A stretch of DNA of 64,000 bases from a virus, in IMG/VR virus record IMGVR_UViG_3300028025_000097; one strand, written 5' to 3'. The notes under the pieces were generated by a model, which saw only the letters and a program-made list of their open reading frames with translations, ran no database searches and was not told the origin of the DNA. A program made the position numbers and the translations under genes. Of this stretch, positions 55,141-63,265 are shown piece by piece. Position 1 is the stretch's first letter, and the number at the start of each line of letters is the position of its first letter.

Positions 55141-55531
55141 CTGGTAATATTGCATCCCCTGTGGCGATCTCGAAACATCGCATCACATCGTTAGTTGCTC
55201 TGTTAATTTTCTTTTCAAGCAATCCTGCCTTTTCACTTGCTATTAATTTAAAATCATGTGAAGCAATCTTAGTTTGCAACTTCTCTACATCTTTTTTAGC
55301 AGACTCAACTTCTTTCATCATATCCTCGCGAATTGCTGCTTGATCTCGAATAGATTGCTCCATAGCCTCTATCGCTTCTTTCTGTTGATCAACAGCTTGC
55401 GTAAGCGTAGCAGTTTGCTGATTCAATGCAGCGATAGTAGCTTGCGAATCCTTATAATAAAAAAAGGCGCCGCCAACCACGGTGCCTACGAACGTCAATA
55501 TTGCCAAAAAAATCATAATCTTAAATTGCAT
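55097..55531 (-). CDS. Inner-membrane spanin (i-spanin)
   Basis: N-terminal TM, long coiled coil, two C-terminal Cys residues. Confidence 0.72.
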   Translation of the reverse strand: MQFKIMIFLAILTFVGTVVGGAFFYYKDSQATIAALNQQTATLTQAVDQQKEAIEAMEQSIRDQAAIREDMMKEVESAKKDVEKLQTKIASHDFKLIASEKAGLLEKKINRATNDVMRCFEIATGDAILPDEKNNQCSDLLARP

Positions 55532-55541
55532 TTCTTAATCT

Positions 55542-55811
55542 CTACACTCGTGTGTCGAGTTTAGTCTTCTTTTTTGGATTCGTCATTACATCAATCATTT
55601 TTTCAATGGGTTTTATTCTTTTAGTCATAGGTTGGCCTAATACAGGATCAAATCCCTTTACATTACCAGATCCAGCATTATTAGCTGGAATTGCGGTAAT
55701 ATCTTCGCCTACGGGTACACAGTTAGGCACCATTTTATTGCCCTTTTTCTTCATACCAATTTTTTTATAACCATCCCAACAAGCTTCTGAAAATTGTTTG
55801 AAGGATATCAT
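55542..55811 (-). CDS. Small conserved protein with CTS-like N-terminus
   Basis: MISFKQFSE-ACWDGYKKIGMKKKGNKMVPNCVP; ATGA overlap with the upstream gene. Confidence 0.6.
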   Translation of the reverse strand: MISFKQFSEACWDGYKKIGMKKKGNKMVPNCVPVGEDITAIPANNAGSGNVKGFDPVLGQPMTKRIKPIEKMIDVMTNPKKKTKLDTRV

Positions 55812-56083
55812 GTTCTGCATCTCCATCTTCTAAGAGACATAGCTTTTCGTGTTGGACGACCTTTTTCATCTTTCATAGGACCACGCATCCCAGACATGCG
55901 CGCACAAAACGATTTACGACGTTTAGCCGCTTTTGATCCAGGTTTAACCTTTCCGGTTACTGCAGTTTGAACGCCGAAGTGTTTAGCGCCCTTTCTAGTA
56001 AGACCTGCACCACTCTCAGTTGAACGATAGTATCCCTTAGAATCTTCACCTCGTTCAGTGATAAATTGCATAAATGTTTTCAT
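55808..56083 (-). CDS. Small basic conserved protein (DUF6321-like) with CTS-like N-terminus
   Basis: MKTFMQFITE...GSKAAKRRKSFCARMSG...SLRRWRC. Confidence 0.7.
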   Translation of the reverse strand: MKTFMQFITERGEDSKGYYRSTESGAGLTRKGAKHFGVQTAVTGKVKPGSKAAKRRKSFCARMSGMRGPMKDEKGRPTRKAMSLRRWRCRT

Positions 56084-56472
56084 TAGATTTTCCTTAGTAC
56101 TTCTACTATTTGATTATCCATACTTATATCGCTGTTTAGTATATCTCGACCTTCAACGTTAAATATACATTCTGGCATAGTATTGAATAGTATTAGGAAT
56201 GGTTTTAAACACTCATGATGGTGTTTTAAAGACAAGAACAGCATACGCGTAGTAGGTTCTATACCAAATAAATTGTAAAGAACTTGAAGATGATTGATAA
56301 TCAATCTTTCTTTTAAATCACCGGTCTCTTTATAGCGATTAAAGAGCCGTTTAAGATATTTAAACCTTTTCAGATCGTCATAAAATTCTTTAGTATCAAA
56401 ACATTGTGGATTATCATAATGTTTAGCTGCATATAATAAAAAATTACTATTATCCAAGGTTTCACATTTCAT
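56083..56472 (-). CDS. Conserved T4-like hypothetical protein
   Basis: NFLLYAAKHYDNPQCFDTKEFYDDLKRFKYLKRL...ERLIINH. Confidence 0.75.
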   Translation of the reverse strand: MKCETLDNSNFLLYAAKHYDNPQCFDTKEFYDDLKRFKYLKRLFNRYKETGDLKERLIINHLQVLYNLFGIEPTTRMLFLSLKHHHECLKPFLILFNTMPECIFNVEGRDILNSDISMDNQIVEVLRKI

Positions 56473-56476
56473 TAAT

Positions 56477-56761
56477 TTAGAATGACTCTAGAGCCACCCT
56501 CTTTACTACATTGTTAGCAACAGCTATATAAAGATAACTGTTGCTATATAACAATGTACCCTGTTTAATAGTAATCGTACTATTTGCTGGAGTTGCACCA
56601 TAGATTACGACATTTGCCTGCGAATTACCAAATAGATTACCGACTGTAATTTTTTTGGTAGCAGCAGTTCCCGAAGGAGCGTCTACTATTACTAATAGAT
56701 CGTCCTCCGAGGCTGATGTAAGCGCAGTTAATTCACTTATCTTTTTAGCACGATCAGACAT
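56477..56761 (-). CDS. Small virion structural protein
   Basis: KKISELTALT....DDLLVIVD...TKKITV and PANST...GTL.YSNSYLYIAVANN..KRV. Confidence 0.6.
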   Translation of the reverse strand: MSDRAKKISELTALTSASEDDLLVIVDAPSGTAATKKITVGNLFGNSQANVVIYGATPANSTITIKQGTLLYSNSYLYIAVANNVVKRVALESF

Positions 56762-56765
56762 TTAA

Positions 56766-57578
56766 TTATAAATCCTTTAGAATATCGTCTTCAGCGTCAC
56801 CAGTCATTGAACCCATAGCTACTAGAGTTTCGTACTGCACACGACCAGCGCGGCCGCCTGATCCAACTGTACGAACTACCCAACCAGCGTGATAATTATT
56901 ACGTACGCTTGTTAACACTGCTTCAGCAGTTGCGGTTTGACCAGTAAGTTTTTGACCAGTTTCAGATACTGTAGTTGGTATCAAAGAAATTGGAGTAGTA
57001 TTACCTAAGTTACTTGTAAGCTGTATACCACTGGAATTTGACAAAGATACGAAAAACACTGCATTATTTGTAAGAGGAGATACAACCGTATTACCTGCCG
57101 TTACTGAATACGTAATTGCATCACCGACAAGAAATGGATTTGAAGCTAGCGTAATAAACTTATTTGTGCTTGATACAGCTGTATTACCATTAAATGTTAC
57201 GGCAGTAGGCGCAGCAATAGTAACTGTTGGTTTACTAGTATAGTTGCTACCATTAGCAACAACATTAACTGAACTAATTCTGCCCGTAGAGTTAGCAGTA
57301 GCATTAGCTGTACCATTACCAGTTACGGTGACAGTAGTATTAGCAAGATAACCTGAACCAGTAAATGTTACAGTAAATGAAAGTAGCGAACCATTTGCTA
57401 CTGTAGTTTCTGTAGCATCTGCACCAAACAGGCCAACTGTTTCGCCAGTTATATACGCACCTGCAGTTGTATTACCAAAAAATGCTGTTTGATTTGTTGA
57501 ATTAGCAGTTTTATTAAATCCAGCTACTGCCCATAGGCATGAATTAGCCGCGTTATCGACATTACCCCATTGTGCCAT
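56766..57578 (-). CDS. Virion structural protein sharing modules with gp7/gp8
   Basis: MAQWGNVD...HAGWV.RTVGSGGRAGRVQYETLVAM; the insert carries the GSNY..PTVT and FITL...YSVT modules. Confidence 0.65.
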   Translation of the reverse strand: MAQWGNVDNAANSCLWAVAGFNKTANSTNQTAFFGNTTAGAYITGETVGLFGADATETTVANGSLLSFTVTFTGSGYLANTTVTVTGNGTANATANSTGRISSVNVVANGSNYTSKPTVTIAAPTAVTFNGNTAVSSTNKFITLASNPFLVGDAITYSVTAGNTVVSPLTNNAVFFVSLSNSSGIQLTSNLGNTTPISLIPTTVSETGQKLTGQTATAEAVLTSVRNNYHAGWVVRTVGSGGRAGRVQYETLVAMGSMTGDAEDDILKDL

Positions 57579-57579
57579 T

Positions 57580-57792
57580 TTAGTCTCCTTTATTCGTAAG
57601 ATCTTCTAAATATCTAGAAGTTTTCTTACTATTTATTTTATTTTCTGTTCTAGTTTCTTTGGCAACTTTTATATCATTAACTGCTACAGCTAATTGTCGT
57701 AACTCATCAAATGTCTTAACTTCACTAACGTCTCTACTTATTGCAGCAGTAGAGACGTCATTTTGTACTATTATATTGCCAAAAATAGGCAT
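57580..57792 (-). CDS. Hypothetical protein
   Basis: 70-aa ORF, tightly packed with its neighbours. Confidence 0.45.
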   Translation of the reverse strand: MPIFGNIIVQNDVSTAAISRDVSEVKTFDELRQLAVAVNDIKVAKETRTENKINSKKTSRYLEDLTNKGD

Positions 57793-57793
57793 A

Positions 57794-59185
57794 TTAGACT
57801 GCCTTTTTAGGACGACCGCGGCCGCGCTTTACACCAGCATCTGAGCCAATCTTCTTTTCAGAACCCATCTGTTTGATCAATACGTTAGTTTTTACATGAT
57901 TCAATGTTTTGACTTTTGGTACTGAACCATTAAAGATATGAGCAGAATGCTCAGCGCGCTCAGCTGGTTTTAGCGACATAAGATGAGATACCATCTTTGT
58001 TGCAACGTGTTGAGGTACGTGACGCTGACCACCAGATGTCTGAACAGTATCACCTTTTTTATCACCAGCGGCACCATTTAATTCTGGAATAATGTGGCGA
58101 CCATCACGACTGGCTGTTGGATGTGCGTCTTCATAATCATCATCTTCTGATGATGAGGCTTCGCCTCTTTCACTGCGGGCTTCTGGCTTAGGAGCGGAAG
58201 CCATCTTAGACTTATTCTTTGAACCCTTTGGACGACCTTCCATTAGATCATCGATAAAGGAAATCATTTCTTCTAGCCGCTCTTCTGTAATCTCTTCGCC
58301 GATGTATGCTTCAACTAGTTCTGCGTGCTCTCGCATAGACTTTTTAAGAGAACCAGACTTAGATAGGAAGTTAAGAAGTGCCCGAAGCTGAACGACTAAT
58401 GGAGCTAACTGATTAGCTTTAAATGGATAGGTATGATCGGCTTCATCAAGATCAACTTCTTCCTTAGCAATGTTTTTTGTTGCATGATAAATGCCAACTT
58501 GACGATTTTTTATTTTCCGCTTAGCATCTGCGTAATCATGTGGTGGATGCGTACGTTTACCATAAAAGTTGGCGCCTGTATGGAAACCGTGTTCTTGAGA
58601 GCGAAGTGTTAAATCGCCAACGGCTCTACCTAAATATTTTGCTTTTGCTTTGTTTGAAATTTCATCAATCTGATCGGCTTCATCAAGATCAACTTCTTCT
58701 TTCATTTGAGCTGCTTTAGCTTTTTGAACTCGATTCCAATAATGTGGACTCATTTTGCCATAACCATGTGACCAAGCCATTTGTCTTAATTGCTCTTCAG
58801 GTTTATGTCCATGTAGATCAGCAAATTCTTGATTGGTCATGGCAGCATATTTTTGTTTTGACCGAATAACTGAACTAGGCATTCCACCTTCTTCAAGATC
58901 GACTTCTTCTTGAGTCGCACGATAAATGCCAACTTGACGATTTTTTATCTTACGTTTAGCGTCAGCGATATCTTTATTGGTTCGGTTGTAAGGTCCGGCA
59001 GTATGAACTCCATGGTCATAAGCGCGACTGGTAAGATCAGCGACCGCTGAGCCCATATACCGTTTTTTTGCGTTTTTTGAAATTTCATCGATTTGTTCAA
59101 CATCTTGATTAGAAGTTTCATGAACGCTACGAATTGCATCTAAAAGGCTGGATGAAAAGCCATAAGTATTTTTTAAGTTAGACAT
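57794..59185 (-). CDS. Putative prohead-core/internal protein with duplicated modules
   Basis: Repeated EEVDL(D/E)E and IDEIS...ADAKRKIKNRQVGIY blocks; GRPKGSKNK and GRGRPKK motifs. Confidence 0.5.
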   Translation of the reverse strand: MSNLKNTYGFSSSLLDAIRSVHETSNQDVEQIDEISKNAKKRYMGSAVADLTSRAYDHGVHTAGPYNRTNKDIADAKRKIKNRQVGIYRATQEEVDLEEGGMPSSVIRSKQKYAAMTNQEFADLHGHKPEEQLRQMAWSHGYGKMSPHYWNRVQKAKAAQMKEEVDLDEADQIDEISNKAKAKYLGRAVGDLTLRSQEHGFHTGANFYGKRTHPPHDYADAKRKIKNRQVGIYHATKNIAKEEVDLDEADHTYPFKANQLAPLVVQLRALLNFLSKSGSLKKSMREHAELVEAYIGEEITEERLEEMISFIDDLMEGRPKGSKNKSKMASAPKPEARSERGEASSSEDDDYEDAHPTASRDGRHIIPELNGAAGDKKGDTVQTSGGQRHVPQHVATKMVSHLMSLKPAERAEHSAHIFNGSVPKVKTLNHVKTNVLIKQMGSEKKIGSDAGVKRGRGRPKKAV

Positions 59186-59194
59186 ATAAGTCTC

Positions 59195-59812
59195 CTAGTC
59201 ATCTATTATTTTAAGTTTACGTTGTGCTTTTAAATCTCTACGAATAAGAAACTTCGATGAATCTATATCAGTATCTTTAGGCTCTGGAGTCCGGCGAGCA
59301 GGAGGACTGGCGAATCTATGAGCTATTTGATCTTCAACACTGTCTTTAGAATCATCTTTCACGAAACTTTTAATCGTATCTAAGTTCTTATTTATATATT
59401 CGTGCTCTTTCTCAAGATTCATGTCTTTAGCAAATGACATGATACGATCATGTAATTCTTCAGCACGTTTTACGTCTTCTGGATTAGCAATCTTTTTTGC
59501 TAAGACTTCTTTTTCAAGGGCAAAAAGGCGATCATGGGCAATCGCAGAGTTCTCAGCTGCAGCAGGATTGGTATTTTTTGGAAGATTGTCATATAGGATC
59601 TGAGCTTTAGGACTTACTTCAAAATACTTAGTCATGTATGAACCTACAGCAACTTGATCATTTTGATCTTTTTCAAGTCGCTTATCTCTTTGTTCATAAA
59701 CGCTTCTTATTGTATTACAGATACGACTATATCTGTAATCAGTTTTATCGAGCATAGGAACTCTACTAACAAAATCTTTGATAGTACTTTCTAAGTTTTT
59801 ATACTCGTTCAT
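59195..59812 (-). CDS. Hypothetical protein
   Basis: 205-aa ORF in operon context. Confidence 0.55.
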   Translation of the reverse strand: MNEYKNLESTIKDFVSRVPMLDKTDYRYSRICNTIRSVYEQRDKRLEKDQNDQVAVGSYMTKYFEVSPKAQILYDNLPKNTNPAAAENSAIAHDRLFALEKEVLAKKIANPEDVKRAEELHDRIMSFAKDMNLEKEHEYINKNLDTIKSFVKDDSKDSVEDQIAHRFASPPARRTPEPKDTDIDSSKFLIRRDLKAQRKLKIIDD

Positions 59813-60249
59813 TATCGTCCTTTAAGGAATGATCTGATCATCCAAGCGTGTTTTTTGTGTTGATCTATTCTATCTTGAATGAAATTAGAAAGACCGAGTT
59901 CAACTGAAGCTTCTGCTAATTTATATGCTTGTTGTAAAGAAGCAATCATAGTTTGATTATCAACTTGTAATTGTCTTAACATTTCTAGAGAAGTTAAAAG
60001 TCTTTCTTCGCCCTTGATTTGAGAAAGTTCTACATAACGCTCAAAAGATCCGGGAGCATATGCATCCAACGCTCTTATCTCTTCTGCAAAATGATCTATT
60101 GAGCTATAAATTTCGGTATAAAGATTTTCAAAAAAATCATGAAATTGAGCAAAATCTGGACCTTCAACATTCCAATGAAAATAATGCGCTTTTAGATATA
60201 GAGCAAAATTATTTGCCAAAACCATTTTAATAGAATCAATAAGAGTCAT
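59812..60249 (-). CDS. dps: Dps/ferritin-like DNA-protecting protein
   Basis: LYLKAHYFHWNVEGPDFAQFHDFFE.LY...IDHFAEEIR and HKKHAWMIRS. Confidence 0.92.
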   Translation of the reverse strand: MTLIDSIKMVLANNFALYLKAHYFHWNVEGPDFAQFHDFFENLYTEIYSSIDHFAEEIRALDAYAPGSFERYVELSQIKGEERLLTSLEMLRQLQVDNQTMIASLQQAYKLAEASVELGLSNFIQDRIDQHKKHAWMIRSFLKGR

Positions 60250-60503
60250 TAGACTGCCTTTGCTGCAAGCTGAGCTAGTTTAACCGCCCATCTAATCATG
60301 ACTTCATTATGCGCTGTTTCATGGGCTTTATAAACCTGAATAGTTTCAATCAAAAGATCATTTAGATCTTCGTCTGAAATATCTCCGGCTTTATGATCTT
60401 CAATGATATTATGAAGTTCTGCAGCAAGTTCACCAAGTGCAGAATCGTCATCTTTATGCGATAAGATTTCTTTGATAAGTTCGTCCATTATCGACCTCTC
60501 CAA
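60249..60503 (-). CDS. Hypothetical helical protein
   Basis: 84-aa ORF overlapping the upstream lipoprotein. Confidence 0.5.
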   Translation of the reverse strand: MERSIMDELIKEILSHKDDDSALGELAAELHNIIEDHKAGDISDEDLNDLLIETIQVYKAHETAHNEVMIRWAVKLAQLAAKAV

Positions 60504-60859
60504 GCTGTTTCTAAAGCTGACATTCTAGAACCCGTTAATTTTAACCAATGATTACACATCTTTTCATTCTTAGCGTCTAAAGCTTTTTGAAGATTAACTG
60601 ATATGCCTTCTGCATTTTCAGCCTGAGGATCTTTTCTAAAAGCAGTATATTCTTTCATAAACTTACTGTGGTACAATGCAGATGCCCAACTGACTTGAAC
60701 AAAAGATTCACCACGTGCCTCACACTTTAGATTATTTATCTCGAGCCGAGTATCAACATATGCACCAGCAAGAACTGGATCGTGATCTCGTGGAAGTAGT
60801 GATAAAGAAAGACATCCACTTAAGGACATCGTTAATGCTAGTATAGCGAGTGCTCTCAT
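60488..60859 (-). CDS. Putative lipoprotein
   Basis: MRALAILALTMSLSG|C lipobox. Confidence 0.65.
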   Translation of the reverse strand: MRALAILALTMSLSGCLSLSLLPRDHDPVLAGAYVDTRLEINNLKCEARGESFVQVSWASALYHSKFMKEYTAFRKDPQAENAEGISVNLQKALDAKNEKMCNHWLKLTGSRMSALETAWRGR

Positions 60860-61503
60860 GATTCTTCCTTTGCTCCTTTACCATACATTTTACGATATTT
60901 CACAGTGTGTTTACTTAGTTTCGTTTTAGCAGTTGCATCGCCTGGAGCTGGTTCATATGCCTTTGGATCTCTATCAGAAAGTTTATCTGCTTTTTGCCAA
61001 TGTCTAACTCTAGCTGCGATAGTAGAGGAACTCAATCCTCTTTGATATGGTTCTTTATTTAATCGGGAATCAGCTTCACGAAGATCTTTATCGGCACCAT
61101 GATATGTGCCTTTACCTTTGGTAATATATGAGTTAACTCTGGCCATTCCCCATTGCTGAGGAGTTGTACCTGGACGATGACCAGAATTCCATGCAGCTAC
61201 GCCTCTTTTATAAACCGTTCTCAATGTAGACAATGATACACCAGAAGCTTTTGCTTTAGCAGCTAAACCTTTGTTCGCAGATTCTTCAATATAACTTTCA
61301 TCAATTTCGCTACTCATATAATTTACTGCAGTAGAAATGTAATCTTCAGCTAATGTAATCTTTGATTGTACCCATTCAGGAAGATTTGTAGTAGGAGTTA
61401 AAAGCTTATCATGCATATATTGCGCATTACGTATGATGCTACGAAGCTGTGACATTGCCATATCACCTTCATAATCATATTCTTTTTTATCCTTCTTACT
61501 CAT
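60856..61503 (-). CDS. Conserved modular protein (DUF5824-like)
   Basis: YEGDMAMSQL...LPEWVQSKIT.AEDY and VYKRGVAAWNSGHRPGTTPQQWGMARVNSY. Confidence 0.65.
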   Translation of the reverse strand: MSKKDKKEYDYEGDMAMSQLRSIIRNAQYMHDKLLTPTTNLPEWVQSKITLAEDYISTAVNYMSSEIDESYIEESANKGLAAKAKASGVSLSTLRTVYKRGVAAWNSGHRPGTTPQQWGMARVNSYITKGKGTYHGADKDLREADSRLNKEPYQRGLSSSTIAARVRHWQKADKLSDRDPKAYEPAPGDATAKTKLSKHTVKYRKMYGKGAKEES

Positions 61504-61781
61504 TTTTGTACCTTAGCAGATTTGGGTTTACGTGGCTTCTTTTCAACTTTAGCTTTACTAAGCCTTTGAACTGGAGTTTTGACTACTTCAACAACTTCTT
61601 TTACTTCTTGAACTACAGCTTCAACGATAGGTTGAACTTCAACTTTAACTTCTTCAACGACTGCAGCTACTTCAACTTTAAGTTCTTCTACTTTTTGCTC
61701 TACTTGTGTAGTAATCACAGCGACTTCTTCAGTTGTAGTTTCAAATAACTTTCGTACTTTAGCTAAAAGACTCTTAATCAT
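61500..61781 (-). CDS. Low-complexity V/E/K-rich protein
   Basis: 93 aa with VEE/VKV runs and a basic tail. Confidence 0.5.
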   Translation of the reverse strand: MIKSLLAKVRKLFETTTEEVAVITTQVEQKVEELKVEVAAVVEEVKVEVQPIVEAVVQEVKEVVEVVKTPVQRLSKAKVEKKPRKPKSAKVQK

Positions 61782-62839
61782 GACTCATCTCCAAGTTTAA
61801 ATTGGTTTCTTCTTAAGTTACGTTTCTTTTGTAGTTTATATTCCAACTCGTGTTCGCAATCCTTTTCGTCACATCCACATCCCATTCTTTCCATCAACTC
61901 TTTTTCTACTGATGGATGATGGGCAAACCCACCTTTGATTTTGATGCCCATATCTGCAGCTGTTAAGATAGCGCTATAACCAGCAGCTTTAGTGACAGTA
62001 AAACTTTCATATGATTCTGTCAGTGCTTTACCATTCTTATTTGTATCGCCTGCATACATGCCGACGATCTTATCATTGACTTTTCTATTTGGCTTATTTA
62101 CTATAGCTGCATCCTTATTCTTGATGCCTACAACGAGTTGCTTTAGATATTCTAAAACACCAGAAGTATTTTGTCGATTTATAGGTCCCTTTTGAAGAGG
62201 CTTAGGAGGTACTCGAGCATATACAATTGTAGTAGTGTCTTTAGCTTCAGCGATATTCATGCCAGTTCGAACATGTTGCATAATTTCTTTACTATGAGGC
62301 TTTAAGTTGTCTGGTAATCCAGATTTGAACCCTTCATGATTGGCGGTTTTAGCGTGTTCTCTCATTTTAGATGCACTCATACCAGAAACATCTTCTGAAT
62401 CTGGATCTCTTTCACCGGCAGATATAATATTTATAGACTTAAAATTATAATGATCGGGATGACCGTTATACTTGTGTAATAATTCTCTATATGCGTCCAC
62501 TCTATCACTACCTGCTACCATAGTCACATGCTCATAACCTTGTTTATGCAAATGTGTAAGAGCATTCACAGGAGTAACGACGGTAGAAGGAGTTTCTTTT
62601 ACTACATCACCAAAAGCGTGTTGTGCATAATGCAATTTGCGTGGATATGATAGAGGATTTTTCTTTTTATCTTGCGTATGAGACAAAAAGACGTGAGCAT
62701 CCCCGCCCACATTTGCTGCGTGTTCTTTGACTTTATCCACAAGCATTTGATGACCGGTAGTAGGTGGATTCATACGACCAAATGAGATTACAGCGTGTCG
62801 CCCGGTTTCTTCCATTATAAAGTCTAAAAATTTAAGCAT
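61778..62839 (-). CDS. Phage cytidylyltransferase-like (HIGH-motif) nucleotidyltransferase
   Basis: SFGRMNPPTTGH, SHTQDKKKNPL, VAGSDRV and SAGERDPD..DVSGMSASKMR. Confidence 0.8.
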   Translation of the reverse strand: MLKFLDFIMEETGRHAVISFGRMNPPTTGHQMLVDKVKEHAANVGGDAHVFLSHTQDKKKNPLSYPRKLHYAQHAFGDVVKETPSTVVTPVNALTHLHKQGYEHVTMVAGSDRVDAYRELLHKYNGHPDHYNFKSINIISAGERDPDSEDVSGMSASKMREHAKTANHEGFKSGLPDNLKPHSKEIMQHVRTGMNIAEAKDTTTIVYARVPPKPLQKGPINRQNTSGVLEYLKQLVVGIKNKDAAIVNKPNRKVNDKIVGMYAGDTNKNGKALTESYESFTVTKAAGYSAILTAADMGIKIKGGFAHHPSVEKELMERMGCGCDEKDCEHELEYKLQKKRNLRRNQFKLGDES

Positions 62840-62866
62840 TTAAATAAAACCTTAATTAATTTAATC

Positions 62867-62874
62867 TATTTATA
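62867..62874 (-). promoter_or_regulatory. T4-type late promoter
   Basis: TATAAATA 28 nt upstream of the nucleotidyltransferase start. Confidence 0.65.
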
Positions 62875-62936
62875 TTAATTCAAACCATTCTAATGTAGCA
62901 CCAACATTAACACCGCCAGTTTCACTTGCTACAATA

Positions 62937-63263
62937 TTATTCTTTAGTCTTGTTTAGGTCTACTCGTTCTTTTTCAGTACCAGGAGCGTCATCTTCTTCA
63001 TCCATCTTTTGAACAAGAAGCTTATCGCGATCTTCATTTGAAAACCAGAACTCTGCAGTCTTGTTATAGTTGCCGATAAATGCGCCAAGCATCAGAAGGA
63101 GTAGTTCTTTCCATTCTGATGCAACTGGTGTCTGTAAAACTGTTGCAAATAGAATGCCAACAATAATTAGTGCAAAAGTTCCAAGATTAATTAGAGTGAT
63201 TCTCCAACGATTATCTTGCATCGTTTGAAGAAGATTACCAAATCGATTTGAGGGATTTTCCAT
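62937..63263 (-). CDS. Two-TM membrane protein (holin-like candidate)
   Basis: Two hydrophobic helices then NYNKTAEFWF and a charged tail; AGGAG RBS. Confidence 0.5.
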   Translation of the reverse strand: MENPSNRFGNLLQTMQDNRWRITLINLGTFALIIVGILFATVLQTPVASEWKELLLLMLGAFIGNYNKTAEFWFSNEDRDKLLVQKMDEEDDAPGTEKERVDLNKTKE

Positions 63264-63265
63264 GA

